Shown here piece by piece: positions 18,594 to 27,868 of a DNA stretch of 32,000 bases. The notes below the pieces were generated by a model. It was not told where the DNA came from. It did not search any database and was given only the letters and a program-made list of their open reading frames with translations. The number at the start of each line of letters is the position of its first letter. The stretch's first letter is position 1. Source of the stretch: Promethearchaeum syntrophicum. GTDB taxonomy: Archaea > Asgardarchaeota > Lokiarchaeia > Sigyniarchaeales > Promethearchaeaceae. The position numbers and the translations under genes were made by a program. The stretch lies in NCBI RefSeq assembly GCF_008000775.2, contig NZ_CP042905.2, positions 2,010,001 through 2,042,000 of the forward strand. Reading direction: 5' to 3'.

Positions 18594-19508
18594 TTAAGAT
18601 GAGAATTGTTGAACGAAGTGATCTATTAGGTTTCGGGCCACACTGATAGACGAGGGAAGTTTGGGAAGATTATCTAAGCCAAACCATTGTGCATCCATAA
18701 TTTCCTTTTTATCTACGGAAATCTCTCCTTCAGCCCAATCAGCGGTAAAAGCCAGCATTAAGGAATTGGGAAAAGGCCACGGTTGGGAAGCAAAATATGA
18801 AATATTACAAATCGAGATCCCAATCTCTTCTTTTACTTCCCGCGAGATTGCTTCCTCAAGATTTTCACCGGGATCGACAAATCCCGCTATAAGGCTATAA
18901 AGATTAGTTGGAAATTGTTTGTTATGAGCTAATAGGATTTTATTATCTTTGATGATTGCAATGATAACAGCCGGGGATATATGCGGATATTCTGTATTAT
19001 TACACGAGGGACATTTGAGTGCAAATTCTGCCAGTGAATATATGAACCTTTTACCGCATCTACCGCAATATATGTGATTTGATATCCAAGTATATACATG
19101 ATAAGCAATTCCCGCAATTAGAAGGTTATATCCTGGATCTAATCGTATTAAAGAACGTAATGGATATTCCTGAAGAAAACTTAATTCATTCTGGAGATTT
19201 TTCTCATTTTGTAATGAATTTATGGAATTATTGGTGAAATATAAGAGATAAGTTGGTTTTGATTTGTATTTCCCAAATTCTATGCCATTCCAATTGCTTT
19301 GATCGATTTTCTGGAGAATAGGAAGAATTTTAAATTTCCATTTCGAACTTTTGGTCTCAAAAAAGAAGGAAGGAATTTTCTGTTCACTTTCGTTATTTAG
19401 GGCTAAAATTTTATTATTTTGAAAGAGGAAAACTAGACTATTAGATTCGATATTGGATAATTTGTCAAGAGATAGGATTTTAGAGCAAAATATAAAATCT
19501 TTCACCAT
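18594..19508 (-). CDS. nudC: NudC-type NADH pyrophosphatase (Nudix, zinc ribbon)
   Basis: Zinc ribbon CGRCG..CPSC, Nudix box GFVDPGENLEEAISREVKEEIG, NudC-type SQPWPFPNSLMLAF. Confidence 0.95.
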   Translation of the reverse strand: MVKDFIFCSKILSLDKLSNIESNSLVFLFQNNKILALNNESEQKIPSFFFETKSSKWKFKILPILQKIDQSNWNGIEFGKYKSKPTYLLYFTNNSINSLQNEKNLQNELSFLQEYPLRSLIRLDPGYNLLIAGIAYHVYTWISNHIYCGRCGKRFIYSLAEFALKCPSCNNTEYPHISPAVIIAIIKDNKILLAHNKQFPTNLYSLIAGFVDPGENLEEAISREVKEEIGISICNISYFASQPWPFPNSLMLAFTADWAEGEISVDKKEIMDAQWFGLDNLPKLPSSISVARNLIDHFVQQFSS

Positions 19509-19720
19509 GAAATTGAAAACTCAAGGTTGAAAATAAATTTATTGAACCTGAATGAAGTGGGTTTAAATTCACAACTGAATTTCGTATCTAATAATTTGAT
19601 GACTTTCTATATCAAACTTGAAGTGCATTCGTCTAAAAAACAAAATCTCTGGATAATTTACTGAATTAATGTAGATTATGATTGGTCTAATGTGATTTCG
19701 AGGTAATGATCATAAATTTT

Positions 19721-19838
19721 TTTCGTTTTTTTTACTTCAGCATCTCTACATGCCCAAAATCCTTGTAAAGCGAAAGTTCCTCAAGGATAATCTCATCATT
19801 TGATGTTAAAGGATTGTTTACTATTCGATATAATAATT
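19721..19838 (-). repeat. Direct repeat copy of the DAO-like gene 3' end
   Basis: Nucleotide-level similarity to about 20999-21115: ttttttacttcag.., cgaaagttcctcaaggataatctcatcat, attgttta(c).attcgata. Confidence 0.85.
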
Positions 19839-19971
19839 CTTTATTTAACACACTTTCAATGAAATTATTCTTAGGTCCAGCAGGAACCGTTAACACTTCA
19901 CCAATTTTCCAATAGGGCTGATTCGGATCTTTTCGTTGGATATGATAATAGATTTTATTATTTACATGCAT
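19732..19971 (-). CDS. Short chimeric ORF: unrelated N-terminus plus duplicated C-terminal tail of the DAO-like protein
   Basis: C-terminus ELLYRIVNNPLTSNDEIILEELSLYKDFGHVEMLK matches ELIYRIVNNSLSSDDEIILEELSLYRDFGQVELLK of the 21008-22174 product. N-terminus MHVNNKIYYHIQRKDPNQPYWKIGEVLTVPAGPKNNF is unrelated. The track ORF extends to 20001; internal ATG at 19971. Confidence 0.6.
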   Translation of the reverse strand: MHVNNKIYYHIQRKDPNQPYWKIGEVLTVPAGPKNNFIESVLNKELLYRIVNNPLTSNDEIILEELSLYKDFGHVEMLK

Positions 19972-20173
19972 GATATATCCGACCTTTACCAATAATAACA
20001 ATTTTTCATTTCGAACCTCAGATTTTGATTAATTATTAGAATCTATCATACAGAAACAATCTAGATATTTAATAAAATAATGTAATTTCAAAGCTTTTTC
20101 CTACAAATTTGCAAGGAATCTCTTTTTTCCTATTTTCTTCTTACGTAATTATTTAGGCAGACACATTCTACTT

Positions 20174-20776
20174 ATGTATATGGGAATGTTAGGTTCAGCG
20201 AAGAAGAAAAATCAAGAACCACTTGCTTATGAATGTGATGAATGCGGTTCCAAAACGACTGCATATGGCGCTATAACTCGGTGTCTTGGATGTGGGAAAA
20301 AACTTTGTGAAGTATGTAATCACTACATGCTTTGTGCCAAAGATTTCAACAACCTTGAGAAAAGAGACCAGAAAAAAGTCAAACGGGTGAATTCTGGGTT
20401 GGAAAACGCTAAAACATCAAAAAGGATGTTCACTATTATGCCTATCGTCATGGGTGGAATTGGGTTTACGCTCCTTCTCTTGATGTTCATCTTACAACGG
20501 GATATGCTCTATTTTCTGTTCGGATTCTTAGGGGGATTTCTCTTATTATGTGCGTTGATGTTTTGGGGTGTGTTCCACAACATTGAAAAGCGAGAAACCA
20601 ATCGAGCCTTACGTCAAATTAAAGATATTTTATTACCTTATAATATCCGGCGTGCAACACCAGGTCCTACAAAAATTGAGGCAATTCATTGTCCAAATTG
20701 CAATGGAAATATCACTTCGGATGCAAAAATCTGCGAATGGTGTGGGAGTACACTAAAAGAAACGCCGGATTATTAA
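20174..20776 (+). CDS. Membrane protein with N- and C-terminal zinc ribbons flanking two TM helices
   Basis: CDECGSKTTAYGAITRCLGCGKKLCEVC..C at the N-terminus, two TM segments in the centre, CPNCNGNITSDAKICEWCGSTL at the C-terminus. Confidence 0.8.
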   Translation: MYMGMLGSAKKKNQEPLAYECDECGSKTTAYGAITRCLGCGKKLCEVCNHYMLCAKDFNNLEKRDQKKVKRVNSGLENAKTSKRMFTIMPIVMGGIGFTLLLLMFILQRDMLYFLFGFLGGFLLLCALMFWGVFHNIEKRETNRALRQIKDILLPYNIRRATPGPTKIEAIHCPNCNGNITSDAKICEWCGSTLKETPDY

Positions 20777-21007
20777 ATTCTCAGTAAATAATTTTTTTTA
20801 GTTCCTATCTATCAATTATATCTTTACCATTGATAATCGTTCAACTAATATCCATATTGTTTACTGAATTTGTGGATCCCGCACTTAATAAATTAGATTA
20901 TTTAGATATATGGCAGTAATGTTTTCTTAGAAATCTGATCCATTTTTTTATTTTCCTTGGGAGAAAGAATAACTTATTGTATCTCAAAGATAGATTCTTC
21001 TTGTTTT

Positions 21008-22174
21008 TTACTTCAGTAATTCTACTTGACCAAAATCCCGATAAAGAGAAAGTTCCTCCAGGATAATTTCATCATCGGATGATAAAGAATTGTTCACGAT
21101 TCGATAAATCAATTCTCCTAATCCCGGTCCTAACATATATCCCTGTCCACACATTCCTACTGCATTGATATAACCCTCGAGATTTTTAACCTTTCCGACT
21201 ATTGGTGCACCATCAGGGGTATCTGGATATAATCCCCTCCATGTTCGACGGATTTTTAAATTTTTTAACCGCGGGAGAAGTGAAATCATACGTTTGGCTA
21301 TTTGTGGAAGATATACACTGGTTTCTTTATTGTCATATCCATATATTGGTGGATCTGGTGTGAGACAAAATACGATTTGACCTTCATTGTTTTGATAAAA
21401 ATAGTAGTTCTTGCTATTACCGAATTTTTTATCCTCACCTGGACGAATATCAACAACCATCGGTTTTATAAATTGTTTAACGGGTTCGCTGATACCTGCT
21501 TCATGTGAGGTTGGATTGACGGGAACATCAATATTTACAAGTTTAGCTACTTCTTTGGCATAAGCTCCACCTGCATTAATTATAAATTTCGCAAAATATG
21601 TGGATTTATTCGTTTGAACTCCGCTTACGGTTCCATTTTCTGTGAAAATATCAATCACTTTTTCATTGAAATGAAATTCAGCTCCAAATTTCATGGCTTG
21701 ACGGTAGCAAGCATTAGCAAAGAGTAATGGGGATGCATTTCCATCATTGGGGCTAAATGTGCCACCTAACAATCCATCTTCATTAATTCCTGGAATAAGC
21801 TCTTTGATTTTTTCTGGTCCGTGATAATCAATATTCAATCCATAGGATTTTTGGAGTTTAATATTATTTTTAAATAATTTCTCGTGTTCTGGAGTATATG
21901 CCACATAGCAATAGCCATTTTGAAGCCAGCCTATGTCGTCGCCATAAGTTTCTTTCCAAGTTGAAAAAATTTCAAGTGAACTTTGACATAACCATATTTT
22001 TGCTCTTTGTGTATGAGTTTTTCTGATTCCGCCTATTGCTTTTTTCGATTCTCCCTGAGCTGGAGAGGGTAGAGCTTCAAGTACTAATGTTTTCATCCCA
22101 TTTTTTGCTAAAGCAAGTGCGGTAGGAACACCAACACTACCGGCCCCGATAACAATAACATCATACTCTGACAT
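21008..22174 (-). CDS. D-amino-acid-oxidase-superfamily FAD-dependent oxidoreductase (HcnC/sarcosine oxidase beta/proline dehydrogenase beta-like)
   Basis: N-terminal FAD motif YDVIVIGAGSVGVPTALALAKNGMKTLVLE, YINAVGMCGQGYMLGPGLGELIYRIV near the C-terminus. Overlaps the 22174 gene start/stop by one base. Confidence 0.9.
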   Translation of the reverse strand: MSEYDVIVIGAGSVGVPTALALAKNGMKTLVLEALPSPAQGESKKAIGGIRKTHTQRAKIWLCQSSLEIFSTWKETYGDDIGWLQNGYCYVAYTPEHEKLFKNNIKLQKSYGLNIDYHGPEKIKELIPGINEDGLLGGTFSPNDGNASPLLFANACYRQAMKFGAEFHFNEKVIDIFTENGTVSGVQTNKSTYFAKFIINAGGAYAKEVAKLVNIDVPVNPTSHEAGISEPVKQFIKPMVVDIRPGEDKKFGNSKNYYFYQNNEGQIVFCLTPDPPIYGYDNKETSVYLPQIAKRMISLLPRLKNLKIRRTWRGLYPDTPDGAPIVGKVKNLEGYINAVGMCGQGYMLGPGLGELIYRIVNNSLSSDDEIILEELSLYRDFGQVELLK

Positions 22175-24261
22175 TAATTGTCATCTCCTTCATCAACAGA
22201 TGCGAAATATTTGAGAGGGACTTCAACGAAAAGGGGTCGTTTTACACTTTCTGTGATTTTTTCTTGCGAAATCCCCTCTTCCCGGAACAGACGATCGATT
22301 AAAAGTCCACATGTTTTTGCTCCACAAGCCCCCATCCCTGCCCGAGTAATTGCCTTAATTTGGTTAACATCAGTTATTCCCTTTTTAATCAGATCTCTGA
22401 TTTCTCCAGCCGTAACTCGTTCACATCGACACACAATAATTTCATCGGGTAATGGTTTTTTATGATACAACTCCATAGGTTCCGGAAGGTTGGGTTTGAA
22501 AGCTCGGATTCCCACAGCTTTTCTGGATAGATCCTTTGGTAATGCGACTGACACTAATTGAGTTTGCGGAAATTCTTTTAAAATTCGAACTCTGTGAATC
22601 GGAAAATTTCCAAGAATGGTGGAATCATCTAATACCGTAACTTCCTGCCCTTTTTCCAGTTTCCCGGCTGAAATTTCGTATGGGAAGGTAACAATCGGAT
22701 TCTCGGCATCTTTTCGAGTATCTACAAGAGTAACAGCTAATCCGGGGCACACGGCTACACATCTTCCGCAGGCTATGCAATCTTGATTGTTATTAAAGAA
22801 TGGGAGAGTTGTTAAAGAATTATCAACTGTTTCGATTAGATCTTGAGGGCATACTGTAGTACATGGATTACATGGAATTTCTTGATAACAATGAAAAATT
22901 GGAAACGCTCCCTCATCTTTCTTTGTTTGCAAATGTTCTCCTGGAGGTGATGGATGTGCTTTCATCATTTTGGCTTTTTCTTCAAGGACAGAAAGGTTTA
23001 AATCAGATTTAATGCCCATTTCTTTTAAAATTTTTATAGCTTCAATTCTTCCCGTAAATATCGCTGCTGAGGCTTCCGCAATCTCTTGTGCATCTCCAGC
23101 CACCCATGAATCTATCCCAAACTCTTGAGCTTTTAAATAAAATTCATTTACCGGATTTAAACCAACAGCGATAAGAATTGTATCACAAGCAAAGGTTTTC
23201 TCGGTTCCAGGGATTACATTCCAATTATCATCCAATTGTCCAATGGTGATGGATTTGACCTCTTCCGTTCCATTAGCAGAAATTATGGTGTGACGTGTAT
23301 AGATTGGGACGCCTAATCGACGGAGTTTAGTTTCATGGACGTAGTACCCTCCACATTTTGGTAGGGCTTCAATTAAACCAACTACTTTAATGTCAGCTTG
23401 AATTGCATGATATCCCGCGATTAAACCGACATTTCCTCCCCCTACAATAAAGATTTTTTCTGCTGGTTTTACTAAATCCCGATTAACCAAAGTTTGGAAT
23501 GCCCCCGCACCATAAACTCCTGGAAGGGTATCTCCGGGGAAAATGAGCATTTTTTCTCTTGCGCCGGTTGCTATAAGAAGATTCTTAGGTTTTATCAAAA
23601 CATATTTGGAGTTTTCTTTTAAAATTCCCACAAATCCGTCTCTAAACACTGCCAATGCTGTGCTATTTAACCATATTTCAACTGATGATAGTTTTCTGAC
23701 TTCTTCCCCTAGTATTTGGCCTATATGAATCCCCCGTTTTCCAGCATAAACATCTTTTTGGGATCCAAAGAATTTATGGGTTTGCAACACCAGTTTCCCT
23801 CCGGTTCGATCTTTATCATCGATCAAGATTACTTTCACATTGCTTTCTCCCAATAATTTAGAAGCGGATAATCCTGCTGGTCCTGCTCCGATAACTAAAA
23901 CTTCGGTTTCTAATATTTCAGCATCTCCTACATTTACTATCGTATCTTCTGCTGGAAGTTCGGGTAAGTCATTGCAGCTTTCAATAACCATTTCTTCTTT
24001 TAGGGGAGTCATGCAAGCTTTCATTGGAGCTCCATTAACAATAACCGTACATTGAGCACATTGTCCGTTGGCACAAAATATTCCTTGAGGAGAACCATCT
24101 TTAAAGTGATGACCAAAAATTTTTATCCCGTTCATAAAAAGAGCGGAAGATATCATCATATTTTTAAAACTAACAAGCTCTTTTCCATCAAATGTGAAAG
24201 AAACTTTGGTTTGTTCTGGTATTGGCAGAATCGGGTGAGAATTTATTGAGTGTAAGTCCAT
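22174..24261 (-). CDS. Multidomain oxidoreductase: N-terminal 2Fe-2S (HcnA/SoxD-type), FAD/NAD core (HcnB-like), 2x4Fe-4S ferredoxin, BFD-like [2Fe-2S]
   Basis: GIFCANGQCAQCTVIVNGAPMKAC; VLVIGAGPAGLSASKLL and VFIVGGGNVGLIAGYHAI; CNPCTTVCP..CIACGRCVAVCP; VCRCERVTAGEIRDLI..GMGACGAKTCG. Confidence 0.92.
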   Translation of the reverse strand: MDLHSINSHPILPIPEQTKVSFTFDGKELVSFKNMMISSALFMNGIKIFGHHFKDGSPQGIFCANGQCAQCTVIVNGAPMKACMTPLKEEMVIESCNDLPELPAEDTIVNVGDAEILETEVLVIGAGPAGLSASKLLGESNVKVILIDDKDRTGGKLVLQTHKFFGSQKDVYAGKRGIHIGQILGEEVRKLSSVEIWLNSTALAVFRDGFVGILKENSKYVLIKPKNLLIATGAREKMLIFPGDTLPGVYGAGAFQTLVNRDLVKPAEKIFIVGGGNVGLIAGYHAIQADIKVVGLIEALPKCGGYYVHETKLRRLGVPIYTRHTIISANGTEEVKSITIGQLDDNWNVIPGTEKTFACDTILIAVGLNPVNEFYLKAQEFGIDSWVAGDAQEIAEASAAIFTGRIEAIKILKEMGIKSDLNLSVLEEKAKMMKAHPSPPGEHLQTKKDEGAFPIFHCYQEIPCNPCTTVCPQDLIETVDNSLTTLPFFNNNQDCIACGRCVAVCPGLAVTLVDTRKDAENPIVTFPYEISAGKLEKGQEVTVLDDSTILGNFPIHRVRILKEFPQTQLVSVALPKDLSRKAVGIRAFKPNLPEPMELYHKKPLPDEIIVCRCERVTAGEIRDLIKKGITDVNQIKAITRAGMGACGAKTCGLLIDRLFREEGISQEKITESVKRPLFVEVPLKYFASVDEGDDN

Positions 24262-24378
24262 AATAGCACCGCTAGCTTATACTTGCATAGAAGGATTTTA
24301 TTGCATTAAAAATTTTTATTATTCGTTTCTATAAATTTATAGAAGAGAAAATTTGAGAATAAAAAGAGATATTGTAAA

Positions 24379-24723
24379 TTATATTTCAAAAATTACATTT
24401 TGTTTATCTTGAGTTTGATCTTGCATTTCGTGACGTAATAATTCAATTTCTTGCATAAGTTCTAGAACTTTCGGATGATCAAATAATTCTGCATATTTTA
24501 TGAATAGTTCTTCATTTGTTAAAACAATATGTCCCGTTTTTTTAATCATTCGCCCGGAATCATCAACAGGATTTATTTCAATTCCGAGTCTTTCTGGTAT
24601 TTCATTTTTTGCGGGGATTTTAATAATTTTTACACCAGGAACATTAGTATTGGTTTTTTCCCAATCCTGAAGCTGAACCAGTAGTAATTTTAATTTGTCC
24701 TTAATGTTTGAATTATCTTCCAC
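24379..24723 (-). CDS. Hypothetical protein (114 aa)
   Basis: Intact ORF MEDNSNIKDKLKLLLVQLQDWEKTNTNVPGVKIIK...; no family recognised. Confidence 0.6.
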   Translation of the reverse strand: MEDNSNIKDKLKLLLVQLQDWEKTNTNVPGVKIIKIPAKNEIPERLGIEINPVDDSGRMIKKTGHIVLTNEELFIKYAELFDHPKVLELMQEIELLRHEMQDQTQDKQNVIFEI

Positions 24724-24806
24724 CTTGAATCACAAATGACTAAATTATTTGTGACCCTAAATATCTCTCGTTAGAATGAGTTACAAGAATTAATCCAAAT
24801 TAATAT

Positions 24807-25835
24807 TTAATCTTTTAAAACTCGTACAATTTGCTTGATTTTTCTGTCTGTTTCTCGTAATGATCTAACATACTGTTGAGCTTCGACTAATAATTGTTCA
24901 AGTTCAATTATTTGGTCTATCTGTTCATCTTCCTCTAATTTATCTAATAATTCCATACATCTGTGAAGTTTTGGAATCTGGGTTGAATATGATAGAAATT
25001 TATTGTATTTTGCGAGTCTTTTGACTATACTTGAGTATTTTGATTTAACTTCTTTTTGATATGAGGGATTTTTTCTTACTGTGATTATTTTCAATATTAA
25101 ATAATCTTTAAGACCTTCATCATTTATTTTTTTAGCGAGATTTAATGCATCTCGCAAATTTTTCTCTGCACTTTTAAAATGTCGGGATTTAACTTCTTTT
25201 TTACTTTTAGTGAATGCAGTAACGAATTTAGAAGGTATATCTTTTGCTAATTTGATAATCTTCTTTGCATCTTCATATTTACCTTCATCTATGAATTTAT
25301 TAGCGATTGCACCTATTTCATTTTTTAAAATAGCCTCATTTTCTACTTTCTCAAGAATATTGTTTTTTTGAATATAGATATTTCTTAACCTATTGGTTAA
25401 AGCAGTTTTATTAGAGATGATTTCCAATAGTGAATCTTGAATTTTCTTCGGATGAATTTTGACTATTTCCAAGGATTCAGAAATATCCATAATATAGATA
25501 ATACAATATTTTATGGTTTCTTTATGTTTTTTTAGGGGAACTAAATAAAATTTATAAGGAAATGCTCGAAAATTTAAATCATCTAGGGTAACCGTTGCTA
25601 TAAAACTTCTCATAATGCTTTCTAATAATTCTTTTTTAGGTTTATCCTTCTTATCAGCATAGTATTCGTTAAATATTTCCCATTTCTCTAATTTTGGGAT
25701 TATATTATCGCTTTCATCGTCTTCATAATCTTCTTCATCATCATCATCGTCTTCTTCCAATTCTTCATCTAAATCTTCATCTTCCCCTGGTTCATCAATA
25801 TTTTCTTCTGGTTGAGCTATTTGTTCATTTTCCAT
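24807..25835 (-). CDS. Hypothetical protein with hyperacidic N-terminal tract and helical body
   Basis: MENEQIAQPEENIDEPGEDEDLDEELEEDDDDDEEDYEDDESDN followed by a helical region (KYDEAKKIIKLAKDIPSKFVTAF, ALNLAKKIND). The track ORF extends to 25895; start uncertain. Confidence 0.65.
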   Translation of the reverse strand: MENEQIAQPEENIDEPGEDEDLDEELEEDDDDDEEDYEDDESDNIIPKLEKWEIFNEYYADKKDKPKKELLESIMRSFIATVTLDDLNFRAFPYKFYLVPLKKHKETIKYCIIYIMDISESLEIVKIHPKKIQDSLLEIISNKTALTNRLRNIYIQKNNILEKVENEAILKNEIGAIANKFIDEGKYEDAKKIIKLAKDIPSKFVTAFTKSKKEVKSRHFKSAEKNLRDALNLAKKINDEGLKDYLILKIITVRKNPSYQKEVKSKYSSIVKRLAKYNKFLSYSTQIPKLHRCMELLDKLEEDEQIDQIIELEQLLVEAQQYVRSLRETDRKIKQIVRVLKD

Positions 25836-26012
25836 TATATATGGGGTGTCCAAATCAAATTTAATGATTATTATTCCTTTGATCATGATGTTCACTTTTT
25901 TTCCTTTTTATTTCTGTTCAATTAAATAGAATTCTTGAAACTTTTATAATTTTTCAAATATAAGACTTCATGTATTATATATATATCATAGAAAAATCAG
26001 ATAAGGAAAAAA

Positions 26013-26915
26013 ATGAATGAAAATAAAATGAGGTTTGATGTATTTCGAGGGTTAGGTGCATCAATATTAATTACCGGATTTAAAAAAGAATATTTGGAAA
26101 GAATTGCTCTTGAATTTTGCGCACAATCATCACTCCCCTCTGGTAAATCGGAAGCGGGTATTCATACTTTTCTCTCCCCCAATAAGACCCCTGATCATCG
26201 ATGGGGCGTAGTATGCAGTGTTTGGGTACAAAAAAATTTAGATGATGGGGATATATCATTAAAACTCCTAGTAAAATGTCTATTAGAAAGAATTTCCACT
26301 TCATTATTTCCAAAATTAGGGATTCGAGTTTTTTCTTGGACACCTAAACCTGTAGATTTTTATAATAATGAGAAAGAGCTCGGAGATTTCGGAGATGGTT
26401 ACAATAAATTAGAAGAGAAATTTGATAGGAAATTTCTTTCGATTCCAATGACTGGTGGAGATTTTTGGATAGAACGAAAAATTGGTATCCAACCAGGGTT
26501 CTTAGGTGCAGGGTTGTTTTTGTATTTTAAAACTATAAAATCTGCAATAAAAATTGAATCAAAAATATCAAATTTCTTATATAAGTTTTCCAATGTCGTT
26601 CAAATCTATGGATTAATTGCTTCTGGATCAAAGATCGGTGCGAAAAATATCAATAAGAAAAAAGTATTAATCTCTACCAATGACGCATATTGCCCTTCAT
26701 TAAAGAAACAATTTGGAAAGGAATCTAAGGTTCCTAAAGATGTAAACAGTATTACAGAAATTGTACTAAACAGTTTTTCAATAAATTCTCTAAAAACTGC
26801 ATTAAATTATCTTATGAGATATCTAAAAAAGAGAAAAAAAATCCTTAGTTTTATGCCAATATCTTATGATGAAGTTAAAGATTTATTCGATCTGGTTTCT
26901 CTTACTCTTGATTGA
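26013..26915 (+). CDS. Divergent formylmethanofuran:tetrahydromethanopterin formyltransferase (Ftr) homologue
   Basis: Ftr-like blocks in order: ASILITGFKKEYLERIALEFC, SEAGIHTFLSPNKTPDHRWGV, FGDGYNKLEEKFDRKFLSIPMTGGDFWIERKIGIQPGFLGAG, LIASGSKIGAKN, STNDAYCPSL, VNSITEIVLNSFS. Confidence 0.8.
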   Translation: MNENKMRFDVFRGLGASILITGFKKEYLERIALEFCAQSSLPSGKSEAGIHTFLSPNKTPDHRWGVVCSVWVQKNLDDGDISLKLLVKCLLERISTSLFPKLGIRVFSWTPKPVDFYNNEKELGDFGDGYNKLEEKFDRKFLSIPMTGGDFWIERKIGIQPGFLGAGLFLYFKTIKSAIKIESKISNFLYKFSNVVQIYGLIASGSKIGAKNINKKKVLISTNDAYCPSLKKQFGKESKVPKDVNSITEIVLNSFSINSLKTALNYLMRYLKKRKKILSFMPISYDEVKDLFDLVSLTLD

Positions 26916-27027
26916 ACATTTTCACAATAATCTGGAAATTTCTTATTTAAAATAAATTTTTTTGAAAAATAATAATTTAATCGTATATTGAGTTAAAAAC
27001 GTAAAAAATAGAATGATAGAAGTGAAT

Positions 27028-27273
27028 TTATAGAACTTTTTGTTCCTTAAGAAAATCCTCTATAAATTTTGGTGATTTATTAAAAATTTCGGCAATAACT
27101 TGCAGTGAAACTGCCTTGTTCATCCCCATAGTAGAATAATCCTTAAATAATTGAATCCACGTGCTTGTATCGCTTTCAAATTCTTTTGGGTGCACCTCTT
27201 GGATATGTTTCCAATAAGGTCTCCGCTTTAACTCCTGTTTACAGTAGGGACAGTATCTGGTTTTATCACTCAT
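27028..27273 (-). CDS. Small C2H2-like zinc-finger protein
   Basis: RYCPYCKQELKRRPYWKHIQEVH (C-x2-C-x12-H-x4-H). Confidence 0.7.
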   Translation of the reverse strand: MSDKTRYCPYCKQELKRRPYWKHIQEVHPKEFESDTSTWIQLFKDYSTMGMNKAVSLQVIAEIFNKSPKFIEDFLKEQKVL

Positions 27274-27417
27274 AAAGTTTCACCATGTTGAATTTTATAT
27301 CAACTATATGTAACCATTTCATCGCTTTCTTAAATGAATTATGATATTTTTTTTAAATGAATTACCCAAAGTTTTTTTTTCCCATAATGATAACTTGATT
27401 TTGGGGTTTTTTACAAA

Positions 27418-27828
27418 ATGATAATTAAAAAAAATAGCTTTAGTCTTCAGACAGATAGAAGAGAGCAATTTATTCCGATAACTGAAGAAGTTAATAGTTT
27501 CGTTCAAACTATTGGAGATCATATGATAGGAGGGTGTAAAATTTATATTCCTCACACTACAGCTGCAGTGATTGTAAATCAAATCGTAAATCCGGATGTG
27601 ATGAGAGATTTCCAAACATATTTAGATAGCCTTGTCCCTAAAAAACGAATGTTAAACGTTCAAGGGAATTCTGATGCCCATTTCAAAAGTTCCTTATTAG
27701 GAACTTTTGTTGAAATTCCAATTACAAAAGGGAAATTAAAACTTGGTGAATGGCAAGATATAATTTTTGCAGAATTTGATGGACCTAGGACGAGAACTGT
27801 TATGCTTCAAATTTGGGGTAAATTGTAG
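27418..27828 (+). CDS. YjbQ/UPF0047 family protein
   Basis: GGCKIYIPHTTAAVIVNQIVNPDVMRDFQTYLDSLVP, NSDAHFKSSLLGTFVEIPITKGKLKLGEWQDIIFAEFDGPRTRTVMLQI. Confidence 0.92.
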   Translation: MIIKKNSFSLQTDRREQFIPITEEVNSFVQTIGDHMIGGCKIYIPHTTAAVIVNQIVNPDVMRDFQTYLDSLVPKKRMLNVQGNSDAHFKSSLLGTFVEIPITKGKLKLGEWQDIIFAEFDGPRTRTVMLQIWGKL

Positions 27829-27868
27829 TTTTTTTGGATCAATTTTAACTATAAATTGGAGAAAATAG

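Noticed and set aside
22178-24249. Multiple plus-strand ORFs of 60-95 aa opposite the Fe-S/FAD gene
   Set aside because: Antisense shadows of a strongly supported long coding gene; no recognisable domain or conserved motif.
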